A stretch of 64,000 bases of DNA, from assembly GCA_015066625.1 (NCBI GenBank), contig SVOC01000012.1, positions 3,123-67,122 on the forward strand. The letters run 5' to 3'. The stretch is from Oscillospiraceae bacterium. GTDB lineage: Bacteria; Bacillota; Clostridia; Oscillospirales; Acutalibacteraceae. Below, piece after piece: positions 1 through 9,351 of this stretch; position 1 is the stretch's first letter; each line of letters begins with the position of its first letter. Position numbers and translations under genes: made by a program. Below the pieces are notes generated by a model. That model worked only from the letters and a program-made list of their open reading frames with translations, ran no database searches and was not told the DNA's origin.

Positions 1-7
1 AGATGAA

Positions 8-790
8 ATGGAAAAGGATTTTTACGGCACAATCAAAGCCATGAAAGAAATCGGCTATGACGGCGTTGAATTTGCAGGTCTTTTCGGCAAGAATCCCGAA
101 GAAATCAAGGCATTCTGCGAAGAAATCGGCATTGTTCCCATCTCCGCTCACGTGCCCTATTACGATATGCTTGAAAACCCCGAAGCAGTGCTTGCAGACT
201 ATGTTAAAATCGGCTGTAAGTATGTTGTTGTGCCCTATCTTACCGAGGAATGCAGACCCGGCACCGAGGGATTTGCCGCAACGGTTGCAGGCATCCGCAA
301 AATCGGTGAAGCCGCAAAGGCAATGGGTATTCAGCTTCTTTATCATAACCACGATTTTGAATTTGTTAAAATCGACGGCGAATATGCACTTGACGTGCTT
401 TATTCAACAGTGCCCGCTGACCTTCTCAAAACAGAAATCGACACCTGCTGGGTAAACGTTGCAGGCGTTAACCCTGCAGAATACCTTGAAAAATACGAAG
501 GCAGAGCACCCGTTGTTCACCTTAAGGATTTCAAGAAGGTTGAAGGCAAGCAGGGCAAGCTTTATGAGCTTATCGGCATTGAAGACGAAGGCGGCGAGGA
601 AGAGGATGAGGATGCATTCTCATTTATGCCCGTAGGTCACGGTATGCAGGATATGCCCGAAATTCTCAGTGCCTGCGAAAAGGTTGGCGCTGAATGGGTT
701 GTTGTTGAGCAGGATAACCCTGCAAAGGGCGATACACCCGTTAACTCCGTAACTCTCAGCCGCGAGTATCTGAAAACACTCGGCTGGTAA
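8..790 (+). CDS. Sugar phosphate isomerase/epimerase (xylose-isomerase-like TIM barrel)
   Basis: 260-aa ORF with the typical family pattern (GYDGVEF, LLYHNHDFEF, DTCW, VVHLKD). The frame stays open to the window edge, so the true start may lie upstream. Confidence 0.75.
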   Translation: MEKDFYGTIKAMKEIGYDGVEFAGLFGKNPEEIKAFCEEIGIVPISAHVPYYDMLENPEAVLADYVKIGCKYVVVPYLTEECRPGTEGFAATVAGIRKIGEAAKAMGIQLLYHNHDFEFVKIDGEYALDVLYSTVPADLLKTEIDTCWVNVAGVNPAEYLEKYEGRAPVVHLKDFKKVEGKQGKLYELIGIEDEGGEEEDEDAFSFMPVGHGMQDMPEILSACEKVGAEWVVVEQDNPAKGDTPVNSVTLSREYLKTLGW

Positions 791-814
791 AATTTATAAA
801 ATGAGGTAATTGTT

Positions 815-1954
815 ATGGCAGAAAATATTCTTGACAAATTCAAAGATGCCCCCGCTGACGAAAAAGTAAGAGATTACAGCAAAAAGGTTAAGGTCGGTAT
901 TATCGGTACAGGCTGGATTGCAGAAGCTCATGTAAAGGCTTATCAGAAGTGCCCCGATGTTGAAATCGTTGCAGCAGCTGACCTTGTGCCCGGTAAGGCA
1001 GAAGCATTCTGCGAAAGATACGGCGTTGAAAATGTAAAGTTCTACCCCAGCCACAAAGAGCTTATCGATGCAGGCGAATGCGATGCAGTAAGCGTTTGTA
1101 CCTACAATGCAACTCACGCAGAATGTACTATTTATGCACTTGAACATAACGTAAGCGTTCTGCTTGAAAAGCCCATGTGCGTTACTCTTGAAGAGGCAGT
1201 TGCAATCTGCAAGGCTGAAAAGGCAAGCAATGCCGTGCTTTCAATCGGCTTCCAGCCCCGTTTTGACGAAAACATGAAGATGCTCAAGAGAGTTGTTGAA
1301 AGCGGCGAGCTTGGTAAGATTTACTACATCCAGACAGGCGGCGGCAGAAGAAGAGGCATTCCCACACCCTTCGGCACATCTTTCATTGAGAAAGAAACCG
1401 CAGGTATCGGTGCTCTCGGTGATATCGGTTGCTACTCACTTGATATGGTTCTTAACTCAATCGGCTATCCCAAGCCCCTTACCGTTTCAGGTTATAAGTC
1501 AGACTTCTTCGGCAAGAGCCCCGCATACGAACATCACGACGTATTCGGCGTTGACGATTTCGCAGCAGGCTTCATCCGTCTTGAAGGCGGTATCATTCTC
1601 GACTTCAGAATTGCATGGGCAATGAACCTTGACACACCGGGTGATACAATTATCATGGGTACAAAGGGCTCCGTAAGAGTTCCCTCAACCGAGTGCTGGA
1701 ACGGCAGCATCGGCGGTCCTCTTGTAATTTATCACGAAATCGCAGGCGAGCAGATTGAAACATATATCCCCATGAAGCACAACGACGTTGACTGCTTCGA
1801 TATTAAAATCCGCTCGTTCATTGATGCTGTCAAGGAAGACGGCGAAGCACCCGTTCCCTGCAGCCAGATTCTTTACAATCAGGCAATTATCGACGGTATC
1901 TCCCGTTCATCAGAGCTTGGCAGAGAAATTGAAATCGAAATTCCCGAAATCTGA
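815..1954 (+). CDS. Gfo/Idh/MocA family NAD(P)-dependent oxidoreductase
   Basis: N-terminal Rossmann motif VGIIGTGWIA and the EKP motif (LLEKPM). GAGG RBS. Starts 24 nt after the upstream gene. Confidence 0.85.
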   Translation: MAENILDKFKDAPADEKVRDYSKKVKVGIIGTGWIAEAHVKAYQKCPDVEIVAAADLVPGKAEAFCERYGVENVKFYPSHKELIDAGECDAVSVCTYNATHAECTIYALEHNVSVLLEKPMCVTLEEAVAICKAEKASNAVLSIGFQPRFDENMKMLKRVVESGELGKIYYIQTGGGRRRGIPTPFGTSFIEKETAGIGALGDIGCYSLDMVLNSIGYPKPLTVSGYKSDFFGKSPAYEHHDVFGVDDFAAGFIRLEGGIILDFRIAWAMNLDTPGDTIIMGTKGSVRVPSTECWNGSIGGPLVIYHEIAGEQIETYIPMKHNDVDCFDIKIRSFIDAVKEDGEAPVPCSQILYNQAIIDGISRSSELGREIEIEIPEI

Positions 1955-1969
1955 GTTCCAAAAGTATAC

Positions 1970-2001
1970 AGGGCTGTCCCCACGGACAGCCCTTGCTTTT
2001 T
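1970..2001 (+). terminator. Rho-independent terminator
   Basis: Hairpin AGGGCTGTCC-ccac-GGACAGCCCT followed by TGCTTTTT. Confidence 0.8.
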
Positions 2002-2057
2002 ACCCTTTTTTATGGTACAATGTATGTGTATAAATTCAATTTAAGGGGGTTTGCAGA

Positions 2058-3728
2058 ATGTGTGACTGCAACTTTTTCTGCAAAATATTATGCACAACAG
2101 TTCTTGTTGTCGCTTTTCTTTTCAACACTCTCGGCAACTGGATCGGCGTAGGCGATATTATCCCCACGGAATCCTGCCCCTTTGACTGGTGTTACGAAGA
2201 AACAACCGAGGAAGAATCAAGTGAGGATACCTCGCAGGAAGGCACAACCGCAGCTTCAACAACAGAGGTTACGGAGCCCTCAACCGAGGATGAAACAACA
2301 ACCACCACTACAACAACTGCCACAACTACAACTACAACTACTACAACTACCCTGCCTACCACAACCACAACAAGATACACCACCACACAGCCCCCCGAAA
2401 CCGACGGAGGCCCTCAGCTTCAGGATGCGGCGCAGATTGCCCTTACGGTTTTCGGCGGTGCAAGTGAAAATACAGATGAAAACGGCAACGACATCATAAA
2501 CGGCGTTGCTCCCACATCCGACGGCGGCTTTGTTGTGTGCGGTACAACGGAATCCAAAAGCGGCACCTTTGCAAAGGTATATGACAGCTCGTGGAAAAGA
2601 CCCTATTCATTTGTTGCAAAATTCAGCAAAACAGGCACAATGAGCTGGGTCAAGGGCTTCGGCAGCAGCTCCGCACCCGTAACCCTTTCGGATGTTACGG
2701 TTCTCAGCAACGGCACGATAATTGCAGTAGGCTACACAAAAGCAACGGATTACGCCGCAAACAAGGATTCATCGGGCAGTGTTGATGCAATTATTCTCAA
2801 GCTCAACTCCTCAAACGGCTATATGAGTATGAAAAAAAGCTTCGGCGGTAAGAATACGGATATGTTTACCTGCGTTGAGGCAACGGGCACAACCTTCGTT
2901 GCAGGCGGTAAATCCTATTCAACAACCCACGATTTTGCTCACCTTGAAGGCGAAAGTGCAATTCTGATGAGCTTTAACGCAAACCTTGCAAAGCAGTGGC
3001 AGACTCAGCTTCACGGCAGTGCGGCATCAAACATAAGCGACATAGCGGTTGACAGCAACGGCAGTATTTTTGCAACCTGCCTTACCGCCGCAACAGACGG
3101 CGATTTTGCAGGCTATAAGAATTCAGGCGGATACACCGACACTCTGGTATTAAAGTATGACGGCTCGGGCAACAAAATATGGAGCCGTATGATTTCATCA
3201 ACTGGCAGAGATGAATTCGGCAACATTGCTCCCGACGGCAAAGGCGGCTGTGTGGTTGCAGGCTATTACGAGCTTCTCGCAAACCAGACTCCCGACGGAT
3301 CCCTCAAAGGCATTCACCACTGCGGCGGAATTGATGCCCTTGTCTTCCGCCTGAATGACGACGGCACACAGCGCTGGGTTAAAACTCTTTCGGGTCTTGA
3401 GGATGATTTCATTACCGATATCGTAAAAGTTAAAAACGGCTTTGCGGTTACGGGCTACACCGCATCCTCAAATCGCGAATTTGCACAGACGGGCAACGAG
3501 GGTCTGTATGACGGTTTTGTAAGCTTTGTCAACACAAACGGCGTTACGGTCAACACCCTTACTCAGGCAGGCACTCAGGACGATATGGCGGAATGCCTTG
3601 TATACACAGCCCTCGGCGAGGTTTACGGAATGGGTAAAACAAAATCCGTTGATACTGACTTCAAGGATATAAATCCCTATACGGAGCAGACTTATATGGG
3701 ATATATAGCGAAGTTCACAGTAGAATAA
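2058..3728 (+). CDS. Secreted or anchored protein with a Thr-rich linker and beta-propeller-like repeats
   Basis: N-terminal hydrophobic anchor, an acidic and poly-Thr tract (aa ~50-110), then repeated G(Y/T)T...D(A/G)...(L/V)(K/R)(L/Y)...G...W segments resembling SBBP-type propeller repeats. AGGGGG RBS. Confidence 0.6.
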   Translation: MCDCNFFCKILCTTVLVVAFLFNTLGNWIGVGDIIPTESCPFDWCYEETTEEESSEDTSQEGTTAASTTEVTEPSTEDETTTTTTTTATTTTTTTTTTLPTTTTTRYTTTQPPETDGGPQLQDAAQIALTVFGGASENTDENGNDIINGVAPTSDGGFVVCGTTESKSGTFAKVYDSSWKRPYSFVAKFSKTGTMSWVKGFGSSSAPVTLSDVTVLSNGTIIAVGYTKATDYAANKDSSGSVDAIILKLNSSNGYMSMKKSFGGKNTDMFTCVEATGTTFVAGGKSYSTTHDFAHLEGESAILMSFNANLAKQWQTQLHGSAASNISDIAVDSNGSIFATCLTAATDGDFAGYKNSGGYTDTLVLKYDGSGNKIWSRMISSTGRDEFGNIAPDGKGGCVVAGYYELLANQTPDGSLKGIHHCGGIDALVFRLNDDGTQRWVKTLSGLEDDFITDIVKVKNGFAVTGYTASSNREFAQTGNEGLYDGFVSFVNTNGVTVNTLTQAGTQDDMAECLVYTALGEVYGMGKTKSVDTDFKDINPYTEQTYMGYIAKFTVE

Positions 3729-3736
3729 AACAAGGA

Positions 3737-3767
3737 ATCCCCTGACCGGAAGTCAGGGGATTTTTTT
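3737..3767. terminator. Bidirectional terminator between convergent genes
   Basis: Hairpin ATCCCCTGAC-cgga-GTCAGGGGAT followed by T7. It overlaps the stop codon of the minus-strand GH35 gene. Confidence 0.8.
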
Positions 3768-5514
3768 AGCCTAAATCAGGAGTGTCATCGAGTATGCATA
3801 CGGGATTTTCAAAGCCTTCAAGCTCAAATACAACAATTTCATTCTTGCCCTCTCTAAGGAAGGGTGCAGGGATATATGCGGAGCGCTGAGGTCCTACCTC
3901 CCAGTGCCTTGAAAGAACTCTGTTATTAACTATAATAATACCTTTTTTAAATGTGGGAAGCTTGATGAAGGTATCGCATTTTTCGTCAATTTCGATTTCC
4001 GCTTTAAGAAGCACGGGTGTGCCGTCAAAGGGCGCAACGCCTTCTTTGAAATCAACTTTGGATACATCGTCAAGAGGCAGGGGGTAATTCTTCCAGTGGT
4101 AAACAAAATTGTTGCCGAAGCCGATGCCCTGAGTGATACCCTTTGCATCCTTAAGCTTTGCGCCGTAGTTTACTCTGCCCATATTTTCAACAAGCACCGC
4201 AAGCTCCGCACCCTCTGCTTCGATTGAAACCGAATTTACGGGCTCCTTGTCGTTTCTGTACTGAACACCGACAAACTCACCATTTTTGTAGATATAGCCT
4301 CTGTCGTGAACATCCTGAAGTCTTACCTTCTGCTCATCACGGGGGCCTCTTACAAAAGCCTTGTAAAGCACAAAGCCGTAGCCCTGATTCAGCTTTTCCA
4401 TTGTAAGGGGCATAACGGATTCAACGGGAACCGAAAGCACGTCAAGGTTATCGAAGAGCTTTGCACTGTGTGTGAACTTCACTTCGCCGTAGTTCTTTTT
4501 CTTTATGGGGTCAGGAAGCTTCACATCGGGAATGGGTGCATATTTTGAAATGACTTCTCTGAACTTGAAATATTTCTCGGTAAGCTCGCCGTTTTCGTTA
4601 ACGGGAGCATCGTCATCGTAGCTTGAAATTGTGGGCTCGTAGAAATCATAATCGTTTGCACCGTTCATATATCCGAAGTTTGTGCCGCCGTGGAACATAT
4701 ATGCCGAAAGGCTTGCACCCATTGAGAGGATTTCATCCATAGCGTTTGCCGCATCCTGCGGGTCGCGGCTGTGATGCTCTTCCGTCCAGTGGTCAAACCA
4801 GCCGTTCCAGAATTCGGTGCACATAAGAGGTCCGTCGGGCTGATATTCACGGAGCCTTGCAAACTGCTCCGCTGCCCTTGAACCGAAGTTTGCGGTTTTA
4901 TGTATTTCAGGCACCGTGCCTGCGGTAAGCATCTGATATTCCGCACCGTCGGATGTGAAGAGAGGCACGTCAACACCTCTGTCTTTCAGACCCTTGGCAA
5001 GATAACGGATGTATTCGCTGTCGTCACCGTAGCTGCCGTATTCATTCTCAACCTGAACAAGAATAACATTGCCGCCTTTTGTAATCTGACGGCCTGCGAT
5101 ACGGGGAATAAAATCGTCAAAGAAACGGTCAACCGCCGCAAGGTAATCCTTATCCATGCAGCGAAGCGCCATTGAGTCGTTTTTGAGAAGCCACCAGGGC
5201 AGACCGCCGAAATCCCACTCCGAGCAGATGTAGGGGCCGGGACGGACAATGGCATAAAGACCAAGCTCCGCCGCAATATCGAGAAAACGCTCAATATCAA
5301 GCATTCCGCTGTAATCAAACTTACCTTCGTAAGGCTCGTGAAGATTCCAGGCAACATAGGTTTCAACGGTGTTAAAGCCGCAGGCTTTCAGTTTCAGAAG
5401 TCTGTCATACCAATAATCCTCGGGCACTCTGAAATAATGGATTGCGCCTGCAATAACTCTGAAGGGCTTGCCGTCAAGCTTAAAGCCGTCTTTTTCGATA
5501 CTAAAAATACTCAT
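3766..5514 (-). CDS. Beta-galactosidase, glycoside hydrolase family 35
   Basis: GH35 signature region (HYFRVPEDYWYDRLLKLKACGFNTVETYVAWNLHEP, VRPGPYICSEWDFGGLPWWL, QVENEYGSY). Start moved to the internal ATG at 5514 (MSIFSIEKDG), which has an AAGGAG RBS. Confidence 0.9.
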   Translation of the reverse strand: MSIFSIEKDGFKLDGKPFRVIAGAIHYFRVPEDYWYDRLLKLKACGFNTVETYVAWNLHEPYEGKFDYSGMLDIERFLDIAAELGLYAIVRPGPYICSEWDFGGLPWWLLKNDSMALRCMDKDYLAAVDRFFDDFIPRIAGRQITKGGNVILVQVENEYGSYGDDSEYIRYLAKGLKDRGVDVPLFTSDGAEYQMLTAGTVPEIHKTANFGSRAAEQFARLREYQPDGPLMCTEFWNGWFDHWTEEHHSRDPQDAANAMDEILSMGASLSAYMFHGGTNFGYMNGANDYDFYEPTISSYDDDAPVNENGELTEKYFKFREVISKYAPIPDVKLPDPIKKKNYGEVKFTHSAKLFDNLDVLSVPVESVMPLTMEKLNQGYGFVLYKAFVRGPRDEQKVRLQDVHDRGYIYKNGEFVGVQYRNDKEPVNSVSIEAEGAELAVLVENMGRVNYGAKLKDAKGITQGIGFGNNFVYHWKNYPLPLDDVSKVDFKEGVAPFDGTPVLLKAEIEIDEKCDTFIKLPTFKKGIIIVNNRVLSRHWEVGPQRSAYIPAPFLREGKNEIVVFELEGFENPVCILDDTPDLG

Positions 5515-5524
5515 AATATCCTCC

Positions 5525-6157
5525 TTAATCGGGTAATTTTTCTCTTTCGTAGGGATATTCGCTGAAAACTTCAAACTTTTTTGCACGCATCCACAGTGAG
5601 GGATTCACCTTGATTGTGAAGCCGCAGCCGTTGGGTGTGAGCCACTCATGCATGGGGTATTCGGGTATGCCGTAGGCGGCAAGAATTGTCATTATAACAC
5701 CGCCGTGGGTTACGATTGCCGCAGAGGTTGTGCCTGTTTTCATAAGACCCTCCGCAACCTTCTCAAAGGTTTCGCATACTCTTTTTGCAAAATCCTCATT
5801 GCTTTCGCCGTAGGGAGGGCGCACGCCCTTTTCGCCTGCAAGCCAGCGTGAGAATTCCTCGTATTTTTCAAGCTGCTCGGCGGTTTTATTTTCAAACTCG
5901 CCGAAGTTGTATTCGATAAAGCCGTCAATTACGATGGGCTTATTGTCGGGATAAAGTATTTCCGCCGTTTTGGTGCATCTTTTCAGCGGACTTGTGAAAA
6001 GTGCCTCCACGGGAGGGTAGATAAGCTCCTCCTTCATCTGAGCAAGCTGTGCCATGCCGTCTTCGCTGAGTTCAACATTGGTGTGGCCGATGTATCTGCC
6101 CTCCAGTGTTTCGTCGGTAAGACCGTTTCTGATTAAGTGAATGGTATAGGATTTCAT
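5525..6157 (-). CDS. Histidine phosphatase family protein (phosphoglycerate-mutase-like)
   Basis: RHG-type N-terminus (IHLIRNGLT...GRYIGHT) and C-terminal VTHGGVI. Start set at ATG 6157 (MKSYTIHL), which has a GGAGGA RBS. Ends 11 nt upstream of the GH35 start, so probably one operon. Confidence 0.8.
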   Translation of the reverse strand: MKSYTIHLIRNGLTDETLEGRYIGHTNVELSEDGMAQLAQMKEELIYPPVEALFTSPLKRCTKTAEILYPDNKPIVIDGFIEYNFGEFENKTAEQLEKYEEFSRWLAGEKGVRPPYGESNEDFAKRVCETFEKVAEGLMKTGTTSAAIVTHGGVIMTILAAYGIPEYPMHEWLTPNGCGFTIKVNPSLWMRAKKFEVFSEYPYEREKLPD

Positions 6158-6262
6158 TTTTCCTCCAAAAAAGGGATTTGATTTTTGTGAAAATCGGCAA
6201 TATACTTTCTGTATATTCACGTGTATAATATATAATACTTTTTGTTGATGAGAGGTATTTTT

Positions 6263-6910
6263 ATGGATAGAAATTTTTCGGTTGTTCTCAGCGAGCTGAG
6301 AAAAGAAAAGGGGCTCAGCCAGAAGGAAGCTGCCGCAAAGCTGGGCATTTCCCAGGCACTGCTCTCCCATTATGAAAAAGGTATAAGAGAATGCGGCCAC
6401 AGCTTTCTGATGAGAGTTGCGGATTTTTATGATGTATCCTGCGATTACCTTTTGGGCAGAACAACGGAAAGAAGCGATTTCAATGCCGTGGCTTCAAATA
6501 TTCTTATGCTCAACGACGACTATTCGCCCACAAGCAAAACCTGCATCAAGGCGGCAATGATTCTGCGCGATGCTATGAAAAACAGCGATAATCTTGCAGG
6601 CACAAGGTTTGATTTACTTCTTGCCATCGGAATTTACAGATTGCTTCTTATCCAGGCTTACGCAGGCAACATTCCGAAAACCTGGGCAGGCAGAGCATAT
6701 GCAGACGGCAAAATCATGTGCAGCCCCACTTATCTTAACATAATCGACGCCGCTAACTACAATGCGTTCAACATCGCTCAGTCAAAAAACCCCGTTGCAG
6801 ACGAGCCTGTGCCCGAAGCAGTGGAAACCCTTGTTAAAATGGCAGAGGATTTTATCTTTGGTTCCGTGACAAAGGATATTCCGCCCATACCTCTTGAATT
6901 CATAAAGTAA
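6263..6910 (+). CDS. XRE-family helix-turn-helix transcriptional regulator
   Basis: HTH_3 pattern LSELRKEKGLSQKEAAAKLGISQALLSHYEKG plus a ~150-aa C-terminal domain. ATG at 6263 with GAGAGG RBS. Divergent from the phosphatase/GH35 operon. Confidence 0.8.
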   Translation: MDRNFSVVLSELRKEKGLSQKEAAAKLGISQALLSHYEKGIRECGHSFLMRVADFYDVSCDYLLGRTTERSDFNAVASNILMLNDDYSPTSKTCIKAAMILRDAMKNSDNLAGTRFDLLLAIGIYRLLLIQAYAGNIPKTWAGRAYADGKIMCSPTYLNIIDAANYNAFNIAQSKNPVADEPVPEAVETLVKMAEDFIFGSVTKDIPPIPLEFIK

Positions 6911-6928
6911 ATCAGCACAAACCGATTT

Positions 6929-6962
6929 AAGGGACTGTTCGAAAACAGTCCCTTTATTTTTT
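6929..6962. terminator. Bidirectional terminator
   Basis: Hairpin AAGGGACTGTT-cgaa-AACAGTCCCTT followed by a T-run, located between the convergent XRE gene and glgA. Confidence 0.8.
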
Positions 6963-8379
6963 ACATCAGCTCTTCGTAAAGCTTGATATATTCTCTTGCC
7001 GAGCGTCCCCAGCTGTTATCGCATTTGAGCGCTCTCTCAACAAGCTTCTGCCAGCCGTCCTTATCCGCATATGCGGCAAGGGAGCGTCTGATTGCATCCA
7101 GCATATCGTAAGCATCGTAGCTCTTGAAGGTGAAGCCGTTGCCCTTACCGTCGCCGCTGTCGGTGATGGTATCCTTAAGACCGCCTGTTTCTCTTACGAT
7201 AGGCACTGTGCCGTAGCGCAGAGCAACCATCTGAGAAAGACCGCAGGGCTCGCTCTTTGAGGGCATAAGGAACAGGTCGCAGCCTGCATAAATTTTTCTT
7301 GCAAGGTCGGGAATAAAGCCGATGCGCAGACCCACTTTCTCGGGAAATGCTGCTGCAAGTTCCTTGAAGAAGGATTCATATTCCCAATCGCCTGAGCCGA
7401 GAACGGCAAGCTGTAAATCCGTGGTTTCAAGAAGCTCCCACATAATACGCTTCACAAGATCAAGACCCTTGTGGGCAACAAGCCTTGAAACAATACCCAT
7501 AACGGGTGTATCCGCCTTTACGGGCAGACCGAAAAGCTCCTGCAATGCAGCTTTGTTTTTTGCCTTTGCGGAATAATCCTTGGCGTTGTAGTTATAGAAA
7601 ATATCCTTATCGGTTTCGGGGTCATAATTGATAACGTCGATACCGTTGAGGATGCCGCTGAGCTTACCGCTTCTCTCTTTGAGAATGGGGTCAAGACCGT
7701 GGCTGAACCAGGGGTCAAGAATTTCGCCTGCATAGGTGTTGCTTACGGTTGTTACCTTGTTGGCGCACTCAATGCCGCCCTTCATAAGGTTCACGCAGCC
7801 GCCGAAATCAAGCAATGATGCGTGCTCCTCACCAAGACCGAATACGTCGCCCAGAATTTCTCTGCCGTATTTGCCCTGATACTGGATATTGTGAATGGTG
7901 AACACGGTTTTGATGCCTGTGTAGCCTTCTCTGTTTGCAAAATATGTTGAATAGTAAACGGGCACAAGTGCCGTCTGCCAGTCGTTGCAGTGAATGATAT
8001 CGGGCTTGAAATCGATATAGGGCAGAATTTCAAGCACTGCACGGGAGAAGAATGCAAATCTCTCGCCGTCGTCATAGTGACCGTAGAAGGTGTTGCGTTT
8101 GAAATAGTATTCATTATCGATGAGATAATAAATCACGCCGCCTGCCTTTGCTTCGTAGATACCGCAATACTGCCTGCGCCACGAAACCGGCACCATGATA
8201 CTTGTTATGAACTTCATATTTGCACGCACTTCATTGCTGATTGTGCCGTAAAGAGGCATAACAACTCTGCAGGCAACCTTGCGTCTTCTCAGCGCCTGAG
8301 GCAGTGAGCCTGCAACATCTGCAAGTCCGCCGCTGGCGGCAAAGGGAAGTGCTTCGCTTGATGCGTAAAGTACCTTCAT
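6961..8379 (-). CDS. glgA: Glycogen synthase (ADP-glucose type)
   Basis: N-terminal MKVLYASSEALPFAASGGLADV (KxGGL-type motif), 472 aa, and location in a glg operon. Confidence 0.95.
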   Translation of the reverse strand: MKVLYASSEALPFAASGGLADVAGSLPQALRRRKVACRVVMPLYGTISNEVRANMKFITSIMVPVSWRRQYCGIYEAKAGGVIYYLIDNEYYFKRNTFYGHYDDGERFAFFSRAVLEILPYIDFKPDIIHCNDWQTALVPVYYSTYFANREGYTGIKTVFTIHNIQYQGKYGREILGDVFGLGEEHASLLDFGGCVNLMKGGIECANKVTTVSNTYAGEILDPWFSHGLDPILKERSGKLSGILNGIDVINYDPETDKDIFYNYNAKDYSAKAKNKAALQELFGLPVKADTPVMGIVSRLVAHKGLDLVKRIMWELLETTDLQLAVLGSGDWEYESFFKELAAAFPEKVGLRIGFIPDLARKIYAGCDLFLMPSKSEPCGLSQMVALRYGTVPIVRETGGLKDTITDSGDGKGNGFTFKSYDAYDMLDAIRRSLAAYADKDGWQKLVERALKCDNSWGRSAREYIKLYEELM

Positions 8380-8417
8380 ATTCTCAAATCCTTTCTGTCA
8401 AATCCGGGTTATGCCTG

Positions 8418-9335
8418 TTACCCTAAAAGAACCGAAGTGTAGTATTGACCTTCGTATTTTACAACGCCCACACCGATCTGTTTTGTTTCCGCGCTCATTA
8501 ATTTATCTCTGTTTGCGGCGGCTACCTGCTGATAAACAGGATTTCCGCCGTATTTGGTGATGAGGGTATATGCATTTCCGTTGCCCTTGCCGTAAATATC
8601 GGGCAGTGCAAGTGCCATGCTGTTTGTTCTTGCGGAAGCTTTGAGGGTAGTTGTGTGCTGAAGCGGTTCAAGACCCTGCTCCTTACGGTCTGCGTTGATC
8701 TGGTCAACAATTGCCTGAGCAAGAGCATCGTCACGCTTGACCTCCGTCTGGATAAACGGTGCCCTGGTGGTACCCTCCTGAGTATTCTCGCTCCATATAT
8801 CGGGGCCCTTTGTTGTGGTTTCGATATATGTCACAACCTCGGTTACGGGGTTACCGCTTACATCCGTCTGCACGGCACCGTCGGGGTCTGTGACGGCAAC
8901 AGCCGATGTTTTAGGCTCTGCCGTAGTGGGCCGGGTAAGGCTTTCCTCCGCAATGGTATAGGTCATCACCTCGGTAACGGGCGTACCGTCATCGTTGAAA
9001 AGAGGAATACCGTTGGGGTCAGTCAGATGAACATAGCTTGACTGCTCAACATATTTAACCGTGGTTGCTTTGGTTGTGGTGGGTTTTGGTTTTTTGGTGG
9101 GATAGCGGTGATTTGACGACACCTTGGGTCTTGCGTACTTGGTGACCATTGTTATGAATTCGATTTCACCCTGCTCATTGGTTTCACTGACAACGATGAT
9201 TTCGGATTCGATAACGGTCTGGGGCTGGGTCAGCGAACGGGTATCAACAACTCCCGTTTCAATCAGCACCACAAACACTACAAGCACCAACGCAAGTGCC
9301 GCTATTGCACCTGTAATAATGTTTTTCTTGGACAT
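8418..9335 (-). CDS. Membrane-anchored CAP (SCP/PR1-like) domain protein
   Basis: One N-terminal TM helix, a Thr/Pro-rich spacer, and a C-terminal ~100 aa with a YkwD/CAP-like pattern (INADRKEQGLEPL...ARTNSMA...GQYYTSVLLG). Lies between glgD and glgA. Confidence 0.55.
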   Translation of the reverse strand: MSKKNIITGAIAALALVLVVFVVLIETGVVDTRSLTQPQTVIESEIIVVSETNEQGEIEFITMVTKYARPKVSSNHRYPTKKPKPTTTKATTVKYVEQSSYVHLTDPNGIPLFNDDGTPVTEVMTYTIAEESLTRPTTAEPKTSAVAVTDPDGAVQTDVSGNPVTEVVTYIETTTKGPDIWSENTQEGTTRAPFIQTEVKRDDALAQAIVDQINADRKEQGLEPLQHTTTLKASARTNSMALALPDIYGKGNGNAYTLITKYGGNPVYQQVAAANRDKLMSAETKQIGVGVVKYEGQYYTSVLLG

Positions 9336-9351
9336 CAGATTTCACACTTTC

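Noticed and set aside
2182-2499. Alternative-frame ORFs (Gln/Pro-rich on the plus strand, poly-Val on the minus strand) within the Thr-rich tract.
   Set aside because: They are frame artefacts of the ACN-repeat low-complexity DNA inside the 556-aa secreted-protein gene.
6263-6910. Considered the XRE regulator as the antitoxin half of a toxin-antitoxin pair.
   Set aside because: It is 215 aa with a large C-terminal domain and stands alone between a divergent promoter region and a terminator. No small partner ORF is adjacent, so a local sugar-operon regulator is the simpler reading.
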